Part shown: one piece after another, positions 12,606-24,200 of the stretch
Numbering within the stretch: position 1 is the stretch's first letter
How the letters are laid out: each line of letters opens with the position of its first letter
Assembly (NCBI GenBank): GCA_049999805.1
Contig: JBNGIO010005881.1
Location: 1 to 54,815 of the forward strand
Reading direction: 5' to 3'
Length of the DNA stretch: 54,815 nt
Source: Folioceros fuciformis
Lineage: Eukaryota
Notes under the pieces: generated by a model
Told to the model about the DNA's origin: nothing
What the model saw: only the letters and a program-made list of their open reading frames with translations
The model's database searches: none
Made by a program: the position numbers and the translations under genes

Positions 12606-14582
12606 TTGCTCCTTCGTGGGAATGAAACCCAATGTCTCAACGACAGTGGGATAAGTGTGGCCACTAAAGGTCGAACCTGTTGGCAAATAGTGCCCGGGGT
12701 TTTGCCACCACAGTATGTCGAGGCCCATGTATACTGCAGTCTGATGGTGCAGGAGATGCGTGTCCTGGCAACGGACCATAATATTATGTCAGATAGACGG
12801 CGGAAAATGTCTTTCGTAGAGCAGGTCCAATATATGAGGGATGAACTCATCACAGCTAAATGGGATGGTGTTCACATGAAAATGGTATGGAAGTTCAACC
12901 TGTACAAGGTCTTAGGGCTGATCAAGGATGACCATGCTCATGAGGATGATGTGCACAAACAAACAAAGGTAAACAACACAACTCACATTCTTTGCATTGC
13001 AAAACAGGAAGGAAAAGTATGGGAGAATATCGACAAGATATTCAGCAAATGGGAAGCGGGAGAATAACCGGAACAATGGAAGCACACTGTAGTCGGCACA
13101 AACAAGAAAGGGAAAGGAAAGCGAAAGGCAATAGATGATGTTAAAAAAGTTGACGCCAGATATGTGAACCCCAAAGACATGTTGGCAAAGCCGTGGAGGG
13201 CCTTTCAAGGTATTCCCGCTGGGGATTGTGGACAACAAATTCTTATCTCGGCCATGAAGAAGGTTCTCGCCGGCATCATTGACTTGAAAGGGATGGATGA
13301 CGAGATTAGCTTGAGAAAGATCCACATTATCCAGGTGGCGATAGCAATGAGTGGTCTCCTTAACATTGTTTTTGTCTCATGTTTCAGCAACTGAAGGACG
13401 TGGACAACCTGTCGAAGCTCCATGAAGAGTTCCAAAATTTTATTTTTGACGTAAACAACTAGAAAGGGTTGGACAACGAGCAAAGGGCTATCATAGAAAA
13501 AGACATCCAAGAAGGCTTGTTCATATTTAGCGTGCCTTCTAAAAATATCCAAGTACAGTATGTTGTGGAAGCTCGGACTGTACAAGAGATGAGAGAATAT
13601 ATACGGCAACGTGACTATGGGTTGTTATTGATGGACGTCCCTCAGGGTTCGGTATTGGTCCACTGGATGGACAATTTGACGAAGTGATATTGCAAACTGT
13701 TTTCTCAAGCTTCTGAGGATTTCCAGCTCGTGGTCATGCAAGGGGTGGAGGATGCGCACACAGTGAGGGAGGCGATGCCAATATGGTGCAAAGGAGGTGG
13801 TTTGGTTTTGTTTGTTTGGGATAAGACAAACATGTCAAGTGATTGAGGAGGTTTTGAAACTGTGGAGTACATAACTGTTGCATGGTGCCTGAAGGAGAGA
13901 AGCAGTAATGGCCGCACATCCATGATGCCACGGCATCACTAGGGAATCTTCAAAAGGGGCAAGTCCATCATCAAACATGACACTGTGGTGAAGAAACATG
14001 TCTACCTATCTCATGACAAACGAGTTGTTTGCCCATATCAGAGGCCCCTAGGATTGATGGACAGGCTTATCCGCAGCTTCAGTAAAGAGGGGGAATGGGT
14101 TGTCGATGCTTGTTCTGGTAGCGGCACTGCACAATTGGCAGCATTGCTTGCTGGCGGAAACTGTGTAGTAATCAAAGGAGACAAGCGATGGGCAGCGTAT
14201 ATCCCGTAGAGAATCCACGGCTATGAAGTTCTACCGGATGCAGAGGAGGAGGTGACATTCGATGCGCATCAATGAGGGCCATCTCAATTCTAGGATAAGG
14301 AGGTTTGCATCAGCAAAAGGGATAGCTCCCGAGCACAAGTTGTGTTACTGATGTCGAAGAGGCGGAGTCGAAAGATGAGCAAAGACTTGGAGCCGGGACA
14401 AAAAAACCCTAGAGCATGTTTGGGAGGGGCCTGTATCCGATCAGGAAGATGTGGAAGATTCACGAGTGGATGAGAAGGCGCTGGAGGAAGTTGACAACTT
14501 TGATGTTGATGAAGAAGAGAGATTGCAGGATGTTGCTTTTGTGTTTGGCTCCGAGGCTACAGAAGATGTTGGAGAGCTTTAG
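12606..14582 (+). pseudogene. Decayed beta-class amino (N6-adenine/N4-cytosine) DNA methyltransferase gene, N6_N4_Mtase-like, with N-terminal extension and acidic tail
   Basis: One frame from 13388 to about 14270 with in-frame stops: DYGLLLMDVPQG (motif IV-like, DVPQ 13634-13645), FVWDK, VEYITVAW, CPYQRPLGLMDRLIRSFSKEGEWVVDACSGSGTAQLAALLAGGNCVVIKGD (motifs X-I-II, about 14030-14185). Catalytic motif precedes the SAM motif, as in the beta class. A putative GT-AG intron 13335-13387 joins the upstream frame 12606-13334 in phase. Confidence 0.8.
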
Positions 14583-14679
14583 AGTTTCAGCATAGGGTAG
14601 GGAGTCATAGTTAGATGTGTTGTGCATTTTGCAATAGGTGTTTAGTCACATACCTTTAAACATTGGTTAATGAAAGACA

Positions 14680-15200
14680 TGTGGGGCCCATGAGCCAGCC
14701 CATCATCACTCTAATGGTCCTCAGAGGAGACAGTGCCAGCCCGCTGGCGCCCTCTCCCTGCCGGGAGGATTACATTACATACAAAGAAAAGGTTCAGGCT
14801 GGGTGGTACTAGGAAAAGAATCAATGACTGGATAGAAACCAGTGGAATTTGTTCATTTGTACAAGGTGGAAATTTTGTTAAGAAAGTCTACCTCCTTTAG
14901 AAGGGGGACACGACATTCCCCCCCTTGCAAGTTTACCGTGTTTCTTGTCACGCAATTGATCTAGCAAATCCTCCTTGTACTGACTTACTTGCTGAAGATT
15001 CTCCTCATAGTCATTGAGCACCGCACGGAGGTAATTGGCTTCCTCCCTTCTTCTAGTCCTCAAATCTCTTCACTAGTTGAGTGTCCTCCATGCCCCTTGC
15101 CAATCAATTTTGCTCAATTGCTCACAACACTCCAACATCGCGTAAAGAGGTTCCTCTCCCATAGGTTCTTTTCCCTTCGAATTCTAGGATTGCCAAACTT
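14680..15200 (-). mobile_element. 3' end of an LTR element, probably gypsy: accessory ORF remnant, PPT and about 236-bp LTR
   Basis: Minus strand: PLYAMLECCEQLSKIDWQ...EEANYL, then PPT aagggggggaa (14916-14926), then TGTCGTG (14915) to ...CCCACA (14680). Confidence 0.55.
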
Positions 15201-15447
15201 ATGGAGGTGGAATTTTGGTCGCTCGCAAATGCACGACTAGTAGAGCATACATGGTATTCCTAGCTATACTTAAATATATGTATTAGTTAAACACAGACGA
15301 AACGGCACGACCGTTAGAGGGCAAGTTGGGTAGGTGGGTTAATTGCTACTTAAGTAGGAATTCTGATGTAAAATTATCATTCAATTGTAAAATACATATA
15401 GAGAACTATTCCAAGAATTTTTATGCTCCCTAATCACTTTGTTCTCA

Positions 15448-17191
15448 TGGTAGCCATGCTGAATCCCCTGGAGGAATCCTATAATCATGCCGAGGCAGGG
15501 CGCTCCTAGGAGGTAGACTTGGATGCGCGCCTGCTAGAGGATTTTTTGTTGTAGGCTGCCCACTCGATCATCCGGCTCACCTTCCATCAGAAAGTGTGCA
15601 CGCCCTTAGAAGAGGAAGAACCTGGCGCCCCCGGCAGCAGGCCTCCTCAATCCAATGCCGACATTTCAACCCACACAAGGTGCTGAGGAAGATTCTCGAT
15701 AGGTCACAGAGCATCCTCAACCGCGTGGAGGGATTGTTGTCTAGTCTGTTGTCGTACCAGACCTCCTCCAGAATCCACGCCCAACGCCCCGATCCTGAAT
15801 ACAGGATCACTATATCCCCTACGACTGATAAAATTTGCGAGAGTATTTGTCAGGTTGCAGATCACCTCAAGAATCTTAATCAGCAGAGGCAGAATTCAAA
15901 GGATCTGCTTACCAATTCAGGATCAAACGGCCTTGGGTCCTAGATCCTTCCGCTGCCAGAGAGCACCGACTATTGCGAACGGGCAGGCTCGGCGCCCAAG
16001 ACGCGAACCGGCGCGACGCACCTCACGCCCCTTGCTAAGATTGACCCTGATGCCTCCCCATTGGGCCACCTGGTGAACCTCTTTATGCCGCTGGGACATG
16101 ACGGTTAGTAACAACCTATCTGGACACAAGTCTTAGGGCTTACCCCTTGGCCTGCCCCCTCAGAAATAATAGTAATGAACATTATTTCCCCATCCGGGCC
16201 TAACAGGCTACGTTAGCCCCTATTACCCTAGGCGTACCCATGCTGTAGACGTTAGTGGTGAAGCCTTCAACTGGGCACAGGACCCAGAAGCCACCACCCC
16301 GATGGCATCCAAACTCTGTGCCCAGCTAGGCTCCGCCGCCTACGTCACAACATCAGCTAATAAGGGAACGAGAGCATAATAGCAAGAGTCACATGCGCAC
16401 CTACCACCCTGTACCACCTTAGCCATAGCTCCCTTGGTCGGTGTAGGTGTACATGGTCACCCCTGCACAACTCAACTCCCTTATCAGTGGTTTCCAGCAC
16501 CTTTCTCTACATACCCTAGCCCAACAACCAGCCATGGCAGCATCATCAAGCACACCTACCTTCACCTCAGAACTTAAAGAGAAGGATAGGTTTAAGGGGT
16601 CCGGCTACACTGTGTGGAGGGTCAGGATGAAGGCCACCTTGTTGGCTAGGGGAGTCTGGATCGCCGTTGACGGGACCTACCCCAAACCTGACCCCAACGC
16701 CAGCCCTGCCCCCACGGCTGACGAGATTGCCAAGTGGGAACAATACAACGCTATTGTTGTTGCCCTGATTATTGGTGGGCTAGATGCAGACTTGGTCCCA
16801 GAGGTAGAGTACCTCACATCTACACATGGCATATGGGACCAATTAGAAAAGACATACAAAATCCAGAACATGATGACACTATGCATAGTTAGGCAGGAGT
16901 CCTTCTCCCTTAAAATGAAAGAGGGAGAAAAGGTGGCCTCACATGTCAGCATGTTTCGGCACCTTTGTGCCCAGCTCACTGCGATGACATGAGAGAAGAT
17001 GTCAGAGGTGGACGCTATCGCCGAACTACTAAGCAGTCTTCCTGCCTCCTACCAGACTTTTGTTACGAGCCAAAACGGCCCCATACGCGCTGCGCTGCCA
17101 CAGCTGCCTCTGGCCAAACAGTGACCATCACCTTGGAGGAGGTGATTGGTGCACTATTCCAGGAAGAGCAGAGTCGCGCCTTCTCATCCAC
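15448..17191 (+). mobile_element. Ty1/copia element C, 5' fragment, same family as B; interrupted by element D
   Basis: Degenerate PBS tggtagcc at 15448; extra ORF MPRQG from 15487; Gag MAASSSTPTFTSELKEKDRFKG (16534) to EEVIGALFQEEQSR, homologous to the Gag of B. Confidence 0.85.
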
Positions 17192-20100
17192 TGTTGAGAA
17201 ATAAGTGTTATTTAGTCAGTCATTGTTATATACCTAGGGTTAGTTGTAAGAAACCCTAAGCGACAGTTAAGTGACGGTTGTAACTGGTTAATAGAGATAA
17301 GCATTCCTGCCTATCATCTTCTAGTCTTCAACATTCTGGTAGTACTCAGCCATACCTGCAGAAATCTTCAGAGCGTGATGTTATTTTAAATTCCATACTG
17401 AATGTAAAAAGTACTTTGCTGGAGTACACAACTCGCGCTGACAATCTATAGTCAAGACAGGATTGACTTAAAAGTCAGAGGACGAGTGATCTATTGACTA
17501 TGGCTAAGCAAGAACAGGAAATAGAAAGGCTAAGGGAGCAGTTGGCTCGCCTGTCGACTGTTCCTCTCTAAGTCAGAAGTTGTGACTTACAGGCATCATG
17601 GGGTCGTCTAACCCTGACACTGGATCTGAAAGATAGCAGGAAAAGGATCGATTGACCTCTCATAATTTTGATGCCTGGAATTTTAGGGTGCGCTGCATCC
17701 TTGATGAGAAGCTCCTGATGGATGTTGTTGATGGTTCTGTACCCAAGAAAGTTGCTGGCCAGCCTTCTGGACCCCCTACACCTGGCGGCACAATACACAA
17801 GTGGACACAAAAGGACGAGTTAGAATGGAACTCTAAGGACAGGAAGGCAAGAAATATACTTGTGGCTTCCATGTCTCAAGAGATGATACCTCACATAAGA
17901 ATGACCCAGACTTTAAACGAGATCTGGTCATTGCTATCAGAGACTTATGACACTAAAGATATGGTAGCAGAGGCTGCAGCTACATTGCAGTATCAGACAC
18001 TCCGCATGAGAGAGAGTGACTCTGTTGAGAGTCACGTCTCCAAGTTTAGGGCTTTGAGAGCCAGACTTGCTTGATGTGGAGTAATCATCTCAGAATCAAG
18101 AGCAGCAATTCAATTGTTGCTTTCTCTTCCGTCCAGCTATGAATATTTCTGTTCAAGCCTGCAAACATCAGCAACAGTTACACCTGCCACAGCAACTACC
18201 CCAGCAACTTCTAACCTCACTGTACAGAAGGTTGTAGGAGCCTTGCTGCAATTTGAAGCCAATAAGAAACAGATGAAGGGTAGTTCTTCCTTGTCCCATG
18301 CTTCACATAAACAGAGTGATACAGCCTTGTTTTCTGTGAGGGGCAGAGGACATGGTAGAGGTAGGGGGAGAGGTAGAGGTGGTTATGGCAGGGGTAGAGG
18401 ACAATCTATGTCATCCTCGCCACCCTCTGGTCAGTTAGCCTCCAACTCTACTTCTAAACCTGGAAACTGCAACTACTATGGGAAGCCAGGGCATTGGATA
18501 AAGGACTGTAGGAAGAAAGTTAAGGATGAGAGTGCAAGAGGCAGGCAAACACAAGCCCATACAGTTAGGGCTTCTACCCCTGGACTACTGGTGGCATGTC
18601 TCACTTCTTCTACGAAAGCCTGTCAGAAGTGGTTTGTGGACAACGGAGCTTCTAATCACATGTGTTCGAAGAGAAATTCCTTTATCACGTATATACCATC
18701 TACCACCTGCCATCAAACATCGGTGGTGTTAGGAGATAATTCAACTATTCCTATCAAAGGAACTGGAACTATTCAAATTACACTGAAGGATGGAAGCTAC
18801 TTACTCCTGGACAATGCCTTGCATGTACCAGCTCTTGCAAAGAACTTCGTTAGCACTATGGCTCTGGGAAAAACAGGCCAGTACAGAATTACTCTAGAGG
18901 GCACTGAATGCCATGTTTATAGACTGTCTGCACCAACAATTGTAATTGCTCGTGGGACTCCTCTGTTTGATCTTTATTTGCTGGACTTTGCCTCTGATAT
19001 CCCACCTGAATCAGCCAACGCTATTGATGTGAGGTCGACGCCTATCAGCACAAGCAATGCATTTAAGTGGCATTGCTGCCTAGGACATCCCAATATACAG
19101 GCTATGAGGAGACTTCTTAAAGAGAAGATGGTCATTGGCTTTAGTGTGCTGGAACTCCCCAGCCTTGATCTGTGTGTGGCTTGCGTACATGGTAAGCAAT
19201 TTAAATCACACTTTGGTAGTGGAAAGCCTAGGAAAGTCACAGAACTACTGGACCTGGTTCACACAGATATTTGTGGGCCGATGTCTGTTAACTCTTGGGG
19301 AGGAGCTCGATATTTTGTCGTATTTGAAGATGACAAGTCACACTTTACAGTGACTGAGCTGCTTCGCCATAAGAGTGAGGTGTTTGGAAGTTTCAAACGG
19401 TACCTTGCATATGCAGAGAGACAAACAGGCTATAAGTTAAAGTGTATTCGTTCAGACAATGGAAAAGAATACCTATCTACAGCGTTTCAGGAGTATTGTC
19501 ATGAGAGGGGGATAGCCACACAACTCACCATTCCTTATCACTCTGATATGAATGGTCGAGGTGAGAGAAGACATAGAACAATTCAAGATGCTGCCAGAGC
19601 TCTCCTCTATCAGGGGAGACTTTCAGTTAAGTTCTGGGCAGAAGCTATGCAAGTGGCAACATACCTTCAAAATCGTTCAGCTGTTTCTTCTCTTCGTGGA
19701 AGTACACCCTTTGAAGTATGGACGGGTAGCAAACCAGATCTGTCTCATCTTAGAGTTTTTGGCAGCACAACTTATGCACATATACCAGATAAGCTTCGCC
19801 ATAAGTTTGCATACAAGTCTAAATGCCATATTTTTATAGGATACACAACAGGGATACATGGATATAAACTGTTTGATCCTGATACCCGTCGAGTTTCTCA
19901 TGCTAGGACTGTTGCCTTTGATGAAAGTTCTGTCCTTGAGTCTCTGGTTCATCCTCCAGGTGTTCACCTTGATGTTGACAGTGCTGAGGTTGGAGATCAG
20001 TCTGTAGAGACAGAGGTACACATCAGTGCTGATGACTTTGTTACATTTCCTGCTGTCGACCCATCATTTGTAGACCCATTGTCAGTTGTGCCAACTCAAC

Positions 20101-21243
20101 AGCCTTCACAACCAGCAGTAATAGAAGCACAAACTGATCTACCTGGTTCTGGCCATCAGCCTAATCTTGTGACAGATGAAGTTGTGACAAATGATGATGA
20201 TCTAGTAGATCATGTGTTATCCGATGATGAAGCACCAGAAGACTTTGAACCTGCAGTTCCTCAACCTGACATTGCACAGAACACAGATCCGTCTGTCGAT
20301 GATCCTATGGAGTATGTGCTGCCTGATTCACAGATTGTTCCACCTAGGAGGTCTTCTCGAGTGCACAGAAGTCGTGAAGACTGGATGGAACCACCTTATC
20401 GCAGTGACGACTTCAGGAAGGCTTCACCTCATGGCTCAGCTCCTGACCTCAATTTGGTCTTTGAACTTGGCTACGAACCACAAACATATCAAGAGGCAGT
20501 TAGTGGCCCAAATTCTGAACATTGGCAAGCAGCTATTCATTTTGAATATAACTCATTAATACAGAGTCATACCTGGAAGCTAGTTCCTCCGCCTGAGGGG
20601 AGAAAGATTGTCACCTCTAAATGGGTATTTAAGCTGAAATATAAGGCAGACGGATCTATCTCCAGATATAAGGCCAGGTTAGTTGCTCGTGGCTTCTCAC
20701 AGGTTCCTGGCTTAAACTACTATGACACCTTTAGTCTTGTTGTTAAATCTCAGTCTCTTAGGGTCCTCTTTTCTATGTCTGCATTCTTTGGCTTGTACAT
20801 CCATCAGATGGATGTGAAGACTGCCTTCCTCCATGGTAAGTTAGAGGAAGATATTTTCATGCAACAGCCTGAGGGATTTGAGGTAGCAGGGAAAGAGCAC
20901 TAGGTTTGTCAATTGCTAAAAACTATCTATGGACTAAAACAGAGTCCTCGTGCATGGTATGAGTGCATTGATGAGTTTCTCTTAGGTCTAGGCTTCCTCA
21001 AGAGCACAGTTGATACTAATGTCTACTTTCTGCAAGAACAAACAAGCTTTGTTCTATTAGCCTTGAATGTAGACGATTGTATACTGTTAGGTACAGACTT
21101 AGATGGTATTACCCGAGTGAAAGCTTTGTTGTCTGGTCGTTTTGAGATGGTAGACGTTGGAGAGCTGTCCTACTGCCTTGGCACACAGTTGTATAGAGAC
21201 CCTGCAAGTGGCACACTTGTCATACATCAGCAAAAATATATCC
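17192..21243 (+). mobile_element. Ty1/copia element D (same family as H), 3'-truncated within RT
   Basis: LTR-like start TGTTGAG at 17192, resembling the H LTR; Gag from 17598; 929-aa ORF 18114-20903 with RGG tract, zinc knuckle, WFVDNGAS, integrase HTDICGP/RSDNGKEY and RT SKWVFK; RT continues 20913-21243. Confidence 0.93.
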
Positions 21244-24200
21244 TGACTGAATTGCTTTTTCCCATTCTTTGTGATCAGGTCTACTCAACACCTCTTCATA
21301 GGATTGAGGTTCAATGGGGTCGAAAGAGGTTGCTGCATTGATTGTCACATAGGAAGAAGAAACACGAAAGTCTAGAGCATGGTAATAATTAGGAGGTTGT
21401 CTATGATGAGATGGATACCTTCTAGCTGGTTCTTCAATAGTTGGAGGGTCAACAAGTTCAGCATCTAAGGCAAGTTCAATCTCAATAACTTGTTCTGGAG
21501 GATGGTGATCCTGATGATTGTCAGGTGCATCTGGTTGTGCAAGCTCTGCAGCTGCGTCTTCAAGACCAACAAGTTCAAAACCTGCTGAATCATCAACAAG
21601 ATCATCATCCGGATCATCCCCAGCAACATCCTCAGCAGGAACAACTTGAGTTCCATGATCAGTCTGATCAAAGTGTGAATCTTGAAGCCCTATTGTGTCA
21701 TCATCATCAAGCGGGGGATCCTCGGAAGCTCCCACTGATGCCCAAGTGCTGCCTTCATCAAAAGTAACACTCTTGGCATATATTACTTTATTTTTAGGGA
21801 CATCATAGAGTTTATATGCCTTGATGCCCTCTGTGTAGCCTAACATTAGAAGTTAACGTGCCTTGTTTGATAACTTTTTCCTCTTCTCTTTAGGAACAAA
21901 AGCATATGCTATACACAACCAAAGGTGCGCAGGTGAAGAATGGATGGCTTGCGCCTCGTGAAAGCTTCATACGGGGTAAGTCCAACAACTGAAGTTGTGG
22001 GCAATCTATTTTTAAGATAAGTAGATTCATAATGGCTTCTGCCCAATATGGCGGAGGGAGCTGAGAATGATGTAGAAGAGAAGATGTCATCTCCTGCAAC
22101 GTTAGATTAAGACGCTCAACAGCTCCATTTTGATGTGGAGTGTAGACTATTGTGAGCTGGCGACCAATGCCCTCAGCCAAATAGTAATCCTGAAACTCAT
22201 TTGAGGTAAACTCTCCCCCGTTGTCTGATCTTATAGTTTTAAGTTGCTTTCCAATCCATCTTTCAACATACTTAAGGTCATCCTTAAGTGAGTAAAGCAT
22301 TCACTCTTCTGCTTCAAAATGTAAGTAGTAACAAACCTCATTTTGTCATCTGTAAATGTCAGGAAGTATTTACCACCACCAATGGACTCCTGTGAGAGAG
22401 GTCCACACAAATTTGTATGGACAAGTTCCAAGACATCCGAAGCCCTATGCGGTGCCTTGTTTTTAAAGGCTGCTTGATGTCTCTTTGAAAGAACACAGGA
22501 TTCACACAAAGGAAGTGGTACCAGAGGCCCTATATGCCCATGCTGGTAAAGATCGCTTATAGCTAGTTTTTGTAACTTTGCTGAATGTGGATGGCCTAGT
22601 CGTGAGTGCCACAATTTTGACTTTTCTATTTGTTGTGTAGACGCAGTAGTTGCACCCTTTGTCAAGTTTAAGAATGGTAAGTTACTGTCTGTGTGGAGAC
22701 GAAACAAGTCTCTATCTGATGACCCATAGGTAAGTACTTTATTATGATTAAAAGCATCTAGTACTTGACATTCTGTTTGAGTGAATAAGATGTGACAGTA
22801 ATTATCAACATTCAGCTTTCTGACTGAAATGAGATTTCGTGTCATATCAGGTACGTAGTAGACGTCATGGAGTACTAACACATTTCCAGATGGAACTAGC
22901 AGGTCTATTGTGCCAAGACCAAGAGAGACTAGGGAGTTATCATCACCTAGGTATACGTACTGATCCTTAACTGTTTTGTACATTTGAAACGCTCCTCTGT
23001 CTAAGTAAATGTGGGCTGTAGCCCCTGTGTCTAAGTACTAATCAATGTTATGCTTAACATTTGTATTTGTTGATAGGCAAGCAGGGGACAAGAATGAACT
23101 TGTTGCAAACACTATTGTACCGACTGTGAGGGCAGATGGGGTTGGTTGCTTCTTCACAACCATGTGAGTCTTAGCATTGGTTGAACCCTCCTTACGAGGA
23201 ACACCAGCTTGCTTTTTCCGGCACTCACGCTCCCAGTGACCAGGTAACTTGCACCAGTTGCAGTTTCCTATCCTTTTTGGTTTTCTCCAGGTGGCTCCTC
23301 ATCCTTGTGAGCCACCAACTCTTGAGGTACTGCCCCCACCCCTATTGTAGGGTCTTCCTCCTCCACATCCTCTGTTGGATGTATAGAGGGCTTGCTGTTT
23401 ACCAGAACGTTTATTATAATACTTTGTTGCTTCCTCTTGTAGTAATGCTCCCACTAACTCTGCAAAGGTGGTTTCTGGAAGGGAAACATTTGAATCCTTT
23501 GCAAGTTTCTTAGTTTGGAGTCTGGAAGCATTACAGGAGGTCACGAAAGGTGACCAAGAGTCTAGTAAGGATATGAGGAAATAAAGTGTAAGTGTATCAT
23601 CCTTTATAACCTCGTTTGAAGCACTTTCCGGCCTAGACACAAGTGTTCTGAAATGTCCAAGATGCTTTACGATAGATTCTCCATTTTTCATTTTGCAAAG
23701 CTATCATCTGACTTGTCTGATTGCTGCTTGCAGACAGGTCTTGAAGTCTGGACCAGATTTCTTTTGAACTTGTACATCCCAAAGTCTGTCTTAACATCTC
23801 TAAGGTAAGACCACTTTGGATCAGGAACATGGCTACTTCATCTTTTGCATCCCATGCATCCTGTAACTTTCTGTCAGCAGTTGTGGGTGGAGTGGAGACA
23901 ACTGGGGGCTTATCATCCCCAATAACTACCTTCCAAAGTTTCTTATTCTGTAAGGCTCCCCTCCTTCTGATTACCCATATATCGTAATCTTGCCCACCAA
24001 ACCTGTCTTTCTCTTTGAACCCTTCCCCACCTAGACTGGATGAGGTAACTGCTGCTGCCATTTTTCTCTTTTGTATCTTGGGTTCGCTACACCCAATATA
24101 CTAAGATTCTATGATGGTTGTTGCAGGGGCTAGAAAGACTCAAGACTTCAGACACATGATGCTCATGCAGCATAGTCAAAGAATATTGACAACATTAGAC

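Noticed and set aside
12606-14582. MTase region as bacterial contamination or an intact restriction-modification system
   Set aside because: Multiple stops, a plausible intron, direct continuity with plant LTR sequence and no restriction endonuclease partner seen
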